Source: a bacterium (GTDB lineage Bacteria; Patescibacteriota; Minisyncoccia; Phycocordibacterales; UBA2100). From it: 64,000 nt of DNA. The DNA lies in contig JAYPJF010000001.1 in NCBI GenBank assembly GCA_038128225.1, positions 94,458-158,457 on the forward strand, given 5' to 3'. Under the pieces are notes generated by a model, which saw only the letters and a program-made list of their open reading frames with translations, did no database searches and was not told where the DNA came from. Both the position numbers and the translations under genes were made by a program. Positions 56,307-64,000 of the stretch are shown piece after piece. Position 1 is the stretch's first letter, and the number at the start of each line of letters is the position of its first letter.

Positions 56307-56714
56307 TCAAATCCCTCGATCCATAGCTTCATTTGCAAGCGCATCAGCTTCTTTGTTTTTCTCGCGCGGGATATATGTAAATGTTACCGACGCGAAGTAC
56401 GATAAGAGTTCCCACACTTTTTCTGCCTGCGGGCGTAGCGTCGGTTCTTTTATTTTCCAGTTTCTTGAAAGTTGTTCCGCGACCAGCTTGCTATCGAGCC
56501 GCACTTCAACGTCACGTCCGGTAAGTCCATTGACTCGCGCTTCATCAAGCGCAAGCGCCACGGCTTCATATTCTGCCCAGTTGTTGGTTTGGACACCCAA
56601 AAATTTTGAAACGGTTTCAATTTTTGTTTCCCCGTCATATATAACCGCCCCTGCACCGGCAATTCCAGGATTGTTACGGCTACCACCGTCTGTATAAATC
56701 ACCACCCCAGCCAT
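56307..56714 (-). CDS. rnhA: Ribonuclease HI family protein
   Basis: YTDGGSRNNPG, TNNWAEY, DSKLV, IPREKNKEADALAN. Confidence 0.92.
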   Translation of the reverse strand: MAGVVIYTDGGSRNNPGIAGAGAVIYDGETKIETVSKFLGVQTNNWAEYEAVALALDEARVNGLTGRDVEVRLDSKLVAEQLSRNWKIKEPTLRPQAEKVWELLSYFASVTFTYIPREKNKEADALANEAMDRGI

Positions 56715-56716
56715 AG

Positions 56717-57337
56717 CTAAACACTTTTCGTGGAGAGCGTACGGTACGCGTGCACGGTCGCAAGAATCGACACAGGCACTGAAACAAGAAGTCCGATCCC
56801 GAGAAGAAGCGCCCCGACCACGTTGATTGCGATAAGTAAAAGCATAAACCAGAGCAAAGAAAGTTTTTTTCCTTCAGTCATACGCCAACTTTCTTTCATT
56901 GCTGCAATCGGCGCAAGACCACGCTCGACAACAAGGTACGGCGTGAATACGAGTCCGAGCGCAGCGATTACACCCGGTACGATGAGAAGAACAAATCCGA
57001 TCGTAACAAGCACTGCAACCGCGATCGTTGCTGCAACATACGAAAAATACCGAGCGGGGTTCCATAGGTCACGAAGTTGTAACTGTTCTATAGCATCGTG
57101 CGCTTTGAGCCCAAAATGCACCAACCCCATCCCCACGAGCATTTGCACAACGAGGAAATCTGCCAGTGTGAGTACGAACGCAAGCCCCGACATACCTCCC
57201 TGGCTTACCTCATCGACAATCGCTGAAGACAGTGATGAGATGATAAACACTACAAGAAGCGCCCCGATGATAAACCAAGGGCGTTCCTTGAACTTTTGCC
57301 AACCAAACACGAGCATGTCAACAGCTTTAAATTCCAT
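56717..57337 (-). CDS. Integral membrane protein (DUF975-like)
   Basis: LLIVPGVI...AMKESWRMT.G pattern; multi-TM. Confidence 0.7.
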   Translation of the reverse strand: MEFKAVDMLVFGWQKFKERPWFIIGALLVVFIISSLSSAIVDEVSQGGMSGLAFVLTLADFLVVQMLVGMGLVHFGLKAHDAIEQLQLRDLWNPARYFSYVAATIAVAVLVTIGFVLLIVPGVIAALGLVFTPYLVVERGLAPIAAMKESWRMTEGKKLSLLWFMLLLIAINVVGALLLGIGLLVSVPVSILATVHAYRTLSTKSV

Positions 57338-57396
57338 GCACCTATTTTACCTAAGTCTCGCTTGTTCGCCAATACTCATGTGAACAAAAGCTTTAC

Positions 57397-59055
57397 CTAT
57401 TCAACATTGGTTACCCTTAACGCAACGGAGCGCGCCCCGCGAAACGTGTCGCGCTCAATGGTCCCAATCACATGACATCGTATCCCCGGACTCGGAGGCC
57501 GCGAAAACTGATCTGGTGTTCTAAAAAACTGGAACCCGCGCACATGGCCTTGCGGCGCATCAAAAATAAATTCTGTGTGCCCTTGGTCTTTTCCAAAAAG
57601 TCGTACATCACGCAAGAGCACATCACGAATCCTCATGAGTGGTTTTGGGTTGCCAAGACCAAACGGGGCAAACTTCGAAAGCGCCTGATAGCTCTCCCAT
57701 GAAACCATTTCGATTGGCACCTCAAAATCAGTCGTGACAGGTGGGATTGCGGCGCGCGGAAGCTGCGCAGCGGCGGCATTAAAGATTTCAGGAAGCGTGT
57801 GGACCATCTCGTTCAGAACGGAAAAACCGCCCGCATTTGCATGGCCGCCGCTCTCCTCGAGAGCCTCGCGTACACCTGCTGCAGCAAAAAGTTCGGCGAG
57901 ATTTGTGCTCCCATCAGAACGACATGACCCCTTCAGTACGCCCGCTCCGTCACGACCCCAAAGACACACAACACCACCCCGATCTTCAACAATTGAGTTT
58001 GCTGCAAGGCCCAGCAACGCAGGTTTCCAATTCGGATCTCCAAGCACAATCACTTTTGTGTCTGCAGAAAATCGCTCTTTTGTTTTGTGTTTTGCGTCTT
58101 TTACCAATGCGGCAACCACTCCTTTTCTCGTCGCGTTTAGCCGCTCGAGTGTATGCGCAATTTCCATTGCTCGCCCACCATCTGTTTCGGTAAGCAATGC
58201 AAACGCGAGCTCTGGTTCATCCATGCGCGACGCAGCATTAATGCGCGGCGCCATAGAAAAACCGATATCATCCTCCGTGAGTTCCCTTTGATTAATCCGT
58301 AGCTTGCGACAGAGTGCTTGAATTCCTGGGCGCGGTGATTTTCTCAATACCAATAGCCCATAATGTGCGAGTACGCGATTCTCGCCAGTAAGCGGCACCA
58401 TGTCGGCGATCGTGGCAATACCAACCATATCAAGGAGCCATTTTTCCCACCCTTCCGGCACGTCTTCTGCCCCGCGTTTTCTCGCTTCACAAAAAAGGGC
58501 CTGTACCAGCTTGAACGCCACGGCCGCTCCGCATAAATCTCGATACGGATACGCGCCGAGTTTTGGATTAATGACTGCCACTGCTTCAGGAATACGCGCT
58601 TGCGGCTCGTGATGATCCGTCACTATGACCTCCACTCCGCGCGACTGAGCGTACGCCACTTCTTCCACAGCCGCGATTCCCACATCGACAGTCACAATAA
58701 GAGAAACGCCGCGCTGCTGCAGTGCATCGATCGCATGCCGGTGAAACCCATATCCTTCATTGTGGCGATGAGGAATGTACACTTCAGCGTGCACGCCGAG
58801 TTTTTTTAATGCGTCATACAATACGACAGAACCAGGAATGCCGTCGCAGTCAAAATCGGCATACACAGCGATTTTCTCGCCTTTTTTGATTGCGGAAAAT
58901 ATTCGCGCCACAGCTTTTTCCATGCCATCGAGAAGCGTGGGTGCATGAGCGTGTGTGTCAAATTCAGGATTCAGAAACGTCTGGCGCTCCACGCCAAAAA
59001 TATTTCGCGCGACAAAGAGCTGCTCTAAAAGCGGCGAGACTTCCATCTGGGGCAT
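57397..59055 (-). CDS. recJ: ssDNA-specific exonuclease RecJ
   Basis: DFDCDG, TVDVG, TDHH, GIATIADMVPL, PRINAASR, GGHANAGG; start set at 59055. Confidence 0.95.
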   Translation of the reverse strand: MPQMEVSPLLEQLFVARNIFGVERQTFLNPEFDTHAHAPTLLDGMEKAVARIFSAIKKGEKIAVYADFDCDGIPGSVVLYDALKKLGVHAEVYIPHRHNEGYGFHRHAIDALQQRGVSLIVTVDVGIAAVEEVAYAQSRGVEVIVTDHHEPQARIPEAVAVINPKLGAYPYRDLCGAAVAFKLVQALFCEARKRGAEDVPEGWEKWLLDMVGIATIADMVPLTGENRVLAHYGLLVLRKSPRPGIQALCRKLRINQRELTEDDIGFSMAPRINAASRMDEPELAFALLTETDGGRAMEIAHTLERLNATRKGVVAALVKDAKHKTKERFSADTKVIVLGDPNWKPALLGLAANSIVEDRGGVVCLWGRDGAGVLKGSCRSDGSTNLAELFAAAGVREALEESGGHANAGGFSVLNEMVHTLPEIFNAAAAQLPRAAIPPVTTDFEVPIEMVSWESYQALSKFAPFGLGNPKPLMRIRDVLLRDVRLFGKDQGHTEFIFDAPQGHVRGFQFFRTPDQFSRPPSPGIRCHVIGTIERDTFRGARSVALRVTNVE

Positions 59056-59061
59056 TGTAGC

Positions 59062-59069
59062 ACTATACT
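59062..59069. promoter_or_regulatory. Overlapping bidirectional -10 boxes for recJ and the HIT gene
   Basis: ACTATACT reads TATAGT (minus) and TATACT (plus), each exactly 6 nt from an ATG; the two ATGs are only 20 nt apart. Confidence 0.75.
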
Positions 59070-59075
59070 TTCTCC

Positions 59076-59540
59076 ATGAGTGTCTGTATTTTTTGCGCCA
59101 TTGTTCGCGGAGATGCACCAAGTCACAAAATTTGGGAAGATGAAAAACATCTTGCGTTCCTTTCTATTTTCCCTAACACCGAAGGTTTCTCAGTCGTAGT
59201 CACCAAAGAACATTACCCGAGCTATGTTGCAGACCTACCGAAAGATGTCCGCACCGATCTGTTTAACGCTGCGCTCACTGTGGCAAAAAAAATCGACGCT
59301 GCATTTTCAGACGTAGGGAGAACAGGCATTTTGTTTGAAGGCTTTGGCGTCAATCACGTGCACGCCAAGCTGTTTCCCATGCACGGAACAAAAACCGACC
59401 TGTGGCAGCAACATACGTCGAAGGAGAAAAGGTTTTTCGAGCACTACGAAGGCTATATTTCTTCACACGATGCCGCCCGCGCCGATGACGCCGCGCTTGC
59501 AAAGACAGCTGAGTTGATCCGCACTACACCTATTGCGTAG
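59076..59540 (+). CDS. HIT family protein (HxHxK variant)
   Basis: CIFCAIV, AFLSIFP, NHVHAKLFP. Confidence 0.88.
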   Translation: MSVCIFCAIVRGDAPSHKIWEDEKHLAFLSIFPNTEGFSVVVTKEHYPSYVADLPKDVRTDLFNAALTVAKKIDAAFSDVGRTGILFEGFGVNHVHAKLFPMHGTKTDLWQQHTSKEKRFFEHYEGYISSHDAARADDAALAKTAELIRTTPIA

Positions 59541-61113
59541 CACAGTCGCCGTACTGGTACGTGCCGCTCCCTGAGAGATACCCGTCGGTACAGTACCGAA
59601 TCTGTTTATATGGTTCACAAGTCTCACCCACTGGGGCAACTGCGCGAGAATAAAAGGCACGCGAAGCGCCGTGCGCCACCTCTTTCCCGTCAAGGGTACA
59701 TACTGCTGCGTCTCGTGCACTACACGTCGCGAAGGCGTAGATATTGCTGCCGCCCAACACGCCGTTGGTACATGTGCGCACCTCCTCACTCTGAGCGCAG
59801 GTGCGCCCAAATGGCACTTCAGATGCCGAGTAAAACTTTCCAGTTTTCGTATGCTCAACCAAAACACCATCGAGAATGCACGCTTTTTGATTTGATGGGG
59901 CACAGTATGAGAATTTATAAGAAGCTGTTCCGTTTAGTACTCCATTAGTACACGTACGCGACTGTTTTTTGTTTGCACAGCTCGCAATCGTATCAGTGCG
60001 GTCCGAATAAAAATCCTTACTGGCTCCATGGGCGACCTTCACGCTATCAAGCGTACACGAAAGTCCCGGGGTAACGGAGCACGCAGGGTGTACGTATGCT
60101 GAATCGCCGGATACATATCCGTCGTTACATACGCGCACAAGTTTGAAGTCGTCACATGATTGATTGTAAGGCACAATCGTTTTCGAAAAGAAACTACGCT
60201 GAGCACCATGAGTAAGCGTCGTACTTGTGGCGCTCGATGCAACCACCTCACACGAACGAGCGCTGGTCACCGCACACGTAGCGAATCGATACGTTGGGTC
60301 GCCCGACAACGTGCCGTCGTTACAGGTTCTTGTTTGGCCAAATGGCGCGCACTGTTGACCAAACAGCACGTCTCGTTGCTTGTAGAATGTCTTGCTCTGA
60401 CCGTGTGTGACTGTAACCCCATCAACCGTACACGACCCAGGAGTTGTGTTCGCTGTGCATGTAGGGAATGAATACGCAGGGTCTCCTGAAAGTACTCCGT
60501 TCATACACTTCCGGGGGATGCCGAGACATGATGCCCCAAAAGGAACTACACCCGATGTATATAGCGTGCGCGTTTCACCACTTGCAAGCACTGTCGTTCC
60601 AAGAATACAGTTGAGTACAGAAGGGGTGGGGGGAGGCGGCGATGGAATCACCACTGGAGTCCCGAGAGCACACACACGCACTAGTGCTGCCCGTGTTGCG
60701 GGACCAACCGCACCAAAACCGGTAGTCTCGACACTGCCGGAACTTACTATGTTCTGCTGGATTTGGAAACGTTCAACGGCGCGCGCGGTCAACGCTCCAA
60801 AATATCCGGTAATTTGAGCTTCAGGGTATAGTGCGGGTGTTTTCGCTAAAAATTGCTGCAACGCAGAAACATCGGTCCCTGAAACCCCTGGTTTAAGATT
60901 TCTGGCAATTGTCGGGCATGACCCTTGCGAAGTTGTTGTAGGAGTAACCGGAACCGTACCTCCAGTCCTTGCAGCCTGAATGCGTTGCTCTAATTGTGCA
61001 ACTTGTTGTAGTAGTGCTTGAATCTGAGCCGTGAGCTGTTCTGAGGTTTGCGCATGCACACTCCCCACACTTACGATAAACCCGAGTAAGGCGAGCGCCA
61101 GGATATTTCTCAT
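59530..61113 (-). CDS. Secreted peptidoglycan-binding protein with six Cys-rich repeats of about 58 aa
   Basis: Signal peptide; VSALQQFL...GYFGALTARAVERFQ; repeats C.LDG..V.HG....FY......G..C....R.C..G.L.G...Y....C. Confidence 0.85.
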   Translation of the reverse strand: MRNILALALLGFIVSVGSVHAQTSEQLTAQIQALLQQVAQLEQRIQAARTGGTVPVTPTTTSQGSCPTIARNLKPGVSGTDVSALQQFLAKTPALYPEAQITGYFGALTARAVERFQIQQNIVSSGSVETTGFGAVGPATRAALVRVCALGTPVVIPSPPPPTPSVLNCILGTTVLASGETRTLYTSGVVPFGASCLGIPRKCMNGVLSGDPAYSFPTCTANTTPGSCTVDGVTVTHGQSKTFYKQRDVLFGQQCAPFGQTRTCNDGTLSGDPTYRFATCAVTSARSCEVVASSATSTTLTHGAQRSFFSKTIVPYNQSCDDFKLVRVCNDGYVSGDSAYVHPACSVTPGLSCTLDSVKVAHGASKDFYSDRTDTIASCANKKQSRTCTNGVLNGTASYKFSYCAPSNQKACILDGVLVEHTKTGKFYSASEVPFGRTCAQSEEVRTCTNGVLGGSNIYAFATCSARDAAVCTLDGKEVAHGASRAFYSRAVAPVGETCEPYKQIRYCTDGYLSGSGTYQYGDCATQ

Positions 61114-61167
61114 GCACTTATTCTAAACGACTCGCAGTAGCATCATTTACGCACTGTGGATAGTAGT

Positions 61168-62991
61168 CTACCGTGCCGCGATGCACGAAGCGGTAAATGT
61201 TGTAGACCAGTAGTGATGATTCGCCCCCGCTGCACAGTGATACGCTCCGCCGCACATACCACCTACTGCAGTGTTATCGAATGTACATGCTCCCTCCGCG
61301 GTTGTGGGACACGGTGCGAATGCACAATTGGGTCCCGTGCGCCCTACATAGCTTCCGTCTGGACATTGTTTTGCTTCTTGTGTACAGACCACATCAGTTG
61401 CGGCTGCGCACTCACCCGCATACTTAAACACCGCTTTTTCGGCTTCCATTTGGCACTGATTTCCATATGTTTTTCCGTACTGACATTCATATGGATACGA
61501 ACCGAGAGCAAATTTCGAAACGAGGCAGTAGTATGGTGTCGCACAAACAGGCGCGTACTCCATTGTACAAGCAACAGGACCCCCACTTGAAACAGTTACC
61601 GTGATGGTTGTTTTTGCTTCTTTTCCTTCAGGGTCGCGCACCACAGCAGTTACTGTATACATCCCAGCCTTCGAATATGTATGAGTGAAAGTAGTTACTT
61701 GTCCAAAGCCGAGCGCGCTCGCGACTGCGTCAAGTGCATTCCAAAACCCAGTTTCGTCCCCCCAGGTCACTTTGTATGAGAGTGTTTTTTGTTCCGGGTC
61801 ACGTGCCTCTACGCTCCAGGTCCCTGTTTCGTTCACCGTAAGATGTGTCGGCCCGGAAAAACCACTAACCACCGGCGGTTGATTTTCGCGAACACCGTCG
61901 AAATATTCTTTACAGTACCCGGGAGCTTGCCATATACATGCCCTAAGCGTACACATCGCGACTGCGCCTACGGTGTCTCGAGAACAATCGTTACATCCAT
62001 CGTACCACGTCTTGCATGTCGGTGCTGGTTCAAACGGTTTATTGTCTATGCGACACTGACCTTCATATAAAAGCGTTGCGCCAGCAGCTTCCATAACACA
62101 AGTGTTTGAATATGTTTTTGGATCTGGTTGTTTGCACATCGCAGCACAATACGCTCCCGGAGGGCAGGTGTTTTCGCAACCTGTAGGTTGCCCACACACA
62201 GGACGGTATTCTTTTGTGCACGCCACGTTTCCACCAACGGTGATTTGAATTTTCGCCACCACCTCCGAACTCACCGGTGCCATACACAATGGGTTACCGA
62301 GGCACGGGTCGGTTATTTTGTTTAACGTCGCCGTGTACGTTCCCGCTTGCGTATACGTGTGTTTGTTTTCCCCAGGAGAGACACAAGCGTCAGCAGGTGC
62401 ACTACATTCAGTAGCAGCCTCTCGCCCTCCATCTCCGTACTCAACTAGATACGAAACACCTGCCGGTCGCAGACCACCAACCCACGAATTGAAAACTACA
62501 GTAAGTGGCGCCGCTCCTGTTCGCGGGTTCACCTCGAAAAGACCGTGTACACCGCACCACTTTTTAAAATAATTTTGCGTAATCGGCCCCACCACGCCCA
62601 CTGATTCAATTCCTTCACTGGATTGCAGTCTCTTTATCGCGGCGAGAGTCAGGCTTCCAAAGTATCCTGTTGGAGAGACGCCAAGATAGCCCTTGTCTTT
62701 AAGAAATTCCTGGAGCGCCGTGATGTGCTCACCAGAAGTACCTTGCCCCCAATTGCTGTTCTGGGCAAAAAAATCACATACGCGCACCCGTGCAGGATTG
62801 GCGGAACTCACTTGTATAACTGAGACACCAGTCGTCGAAGCCTGCTGCATGACGCCGATTTGTTGTCGCAGTTCAGAAATCCGACCTAAAAGAGAGCGGA
62901 TCTGTGTTTGTAATTCATCAACCGTGACCGCAGGTACAACAGTCGGAACCATGAGTAAAACTACCGCAAACCCAAGGATGTGTTTCTTCAT
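61168..62991 (-). CDS. Secreted peptidoglycan-binding protein with PKD, Kazal-like and other Cys-rich modules
   Basis: ALQEFL...GYFGSLT; YGDG and WGDE PKD-like units; CTKEYRPVC...TYSNTC; CKTWYDGCNDC; CTQEAKQCPDGSYVGRTGPNC. Confidence 0.85.
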   Translation of the reverse strand: MKKHILGFAVVLLMVPTVVPAVTVDELQTQIRSLLGRISELRQQIGVMQQASTTGVSVIQVSSANPARVRVCDFFAQNSNWGQGTSGEHITALQEFLKDKGYLGVSPTGYFGSLTLAAIKRLQSSEGIESVGVVGPITQNYFKKWCGVHGLFEVNPRTGAAPLTVVFNSWVGGLRPAGVSYLVEYGDGGREAATECSAPADACVSPGENKHTYTQAGTYTATLNKITDPCLGNPLCMAPVSSEVVAKIQITVGGNVACTKEYRPVCGQPTGCENTCPPGAYCAAMCKQPDPKTYSNTCVMEAAGATLLYEGQCRIDNKPFEPAPTCKTWYDGCNDCSRDTVGAVAMCTLRACIWQAPGYCKEYFDGVRENQPPVVSGFSGPTHLTVNETGTWSVEARDPEQKTLSYKVTWGDETGFWNALDAVASALGFGQVTTFTHTYSKAGMYTVTAVVRDPEGKEAKTTITVTVSSGGPVACTMEYAPVCATPYYCLVSKFALGSYPYECQYGKTYGNQCQMEAEKAVFKYAGECAAATDVVCTQEAKQCPDGSYVGRTGPNCAFAPCPTTAEGACTFDNTAVGGMCGGAYHCAAGANHHYWSTTFTASCIAAR

Positions 62992-63051
62992 ATGATTAAA
63001 AGACGCGCTATGGATAAAATAATTACATCAGCCGCACGCAACGCTACACGA

Positions 63052-64000
63052 CTAGCTTTGTAACGCCTCAATTCCCGGCAAAGTCCCGTTAAGGAGAAAC
63101 TCCAACATTGCTCCTCCTCCCGTCGAAACAAAAGTGAACTGATCCATGAGTCCCTGTTTTCCTATTGCTGCCACAGTGTCTGCCCCGCCAACATATGAAC
63201 GAGCCGAACTTTTCCCGATGAGTGCCGCAATTTGATCAGTATAAGTATCATACCCGTCTTCGTACAATCCAGTCGGGCCGTTCCATAAGACGGTTTTTGC
63301 ATTCATGATTACCGGTTCAATCATGGCGAGAGTCGCAGGCCCCACATCGACTATTTTTCCATCTGTCTTCACCTGTTCTGGGGTAACCACATAAGTGGTT
63401 TTGTCTACGTTCTCGACCAGTACATCTGTTGGAAGGAGTATGTGCGGATGCCGCACTATATGAGATTCCGGTTTTTTTGAGGAGACAACCGAACGCCCCA
63501 CCTCGAACCCTAACGCCTTAAAAACATCATTCACCAGCGCGCCCGCAACAAGCACCTGATCATACATAGAAAGCATCTTTGCAATGAGTGGTTCTTTTGT
63601 ATCAAACTTCGCTCCTCCGAGGATTGCAAATGAGGGAGCTTGCGGTGAAAGTGCCTCAGAAAGATGCACATACTCATGCTCGAGAAGAAACCCTGCATAC
63701 CCGGGAATGATACGCGGGATGCGTGTTATTGACGCATGGGTACGATGACAATCCGCAAACGCATCATTCACGTATATATCAGCAAACGCAGCGAGCGAGC
63801 GAGCGAAAACCTCGTCGTTTTCCTGTTCGCCAGAATGACTACGTACGTTTTCGAGTAATAAAAGCTCCCCGTTCTGTATCTGCTCCACCGCGCGCTGCGC
63901 GTCTTCACCAATCACATCAGGTACAAAAATGGTTGGCGTGAGTCTGTTGAGATGGCGCGCAATCGGCTCTAGTGTCTCCTGTGGATTCCGACCAATATGC
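63052..64000 (-). CDS. pgk: Phosphoglycerate kinase (5' end outside the window)
   Basis: LLENVR, YVNDAF, ILGGAK, WNGP, STGGGA. Confidence 0.95.
   Translation of the reverse strand, partial: HIGRNPQETLEPIARHLNRLTPTIFVPDVIGEDAQRAVEQIQNGELLLLENVRSHSGEQENDEVFARSLAAFADIYVNDAFADCHRTHASITRIPRIIPGYAGFLLEHEYVHLSEALSPQAPSFAILGGAKFDTKEPLIAKMLSMYDQVLVAGALVNDVFKALGFEVGRSVVSSKKPESHIVRHPHILLPTDVLVENVDKTTYVVTPEQVKTDGKIVDVGPATLAMIEPVIMNAKTVLWNGPTGLYEDGYDTYTDQIAALIGKSSARSYVGGADTVAAIGKQGLMDQFTFVSTGGGAMLEFLLNGTLPGIEALQS

Noticed and set aside
1-64000. CRISPR array, integrase, transposase, rRNA or prophage genes
   Set aside because: No regularly spaced direct repeats and no recognisable recombinase, transposase, rRNA or phage structural motifs were seen by eye

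Overview
Bacterial chromosomal window (genetic code 11; TGA is used as stop, e.g. in recG) with the hallmarks of a Patescibacteria/CPR genome, probably Parcubacteria (inference: no rpmD/L30 between rpsE and rplO, tRNA-Ile with a UAU anticodon, a stand-alone VirB4/TraG-like ATPase, paralogous Cys-rich peptidoglycan-binding surface proteins). It holds the str-S10-spc ribosomal protein cluster (rpsL to map, minus strand, about 25-46.6 kb), which is broken up by inserted genes, terminators and internal promoters. Other housekeeping content: infC-rpmI-rplT, recG, ftsH, smpB plus tmRNA, ndk, a split comEC, recJ, rnhA, pgk and pyrD-pyrC. Best candidate for an undescribed system: at 52.9-54.6 kb an E2-like gene and a ThiF/E1 gene are followed by an unannotated 47-aa, probably disordered peptide ending in Gly, suggesting a compact ubiquitin/Pup-like conjugation or peptide-modification module. 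Other signals: a probable minimal (about 121 nt) 6S RNA; an identical 25-nt sequence at the starts of rpsS and rpsL; a structured rpsN leader; widespread leaderless TANNNT-N6-ATG gene starts alongside Shine-Dalgarno-led accessory genes; a Hint-domain surface protein with HG instead of HN between fusA and tuf; tandem guanylate kinases; a secreted protein that is about 33% Tyr. All calls come from reading motifs by eye; no database search or folding program was run.
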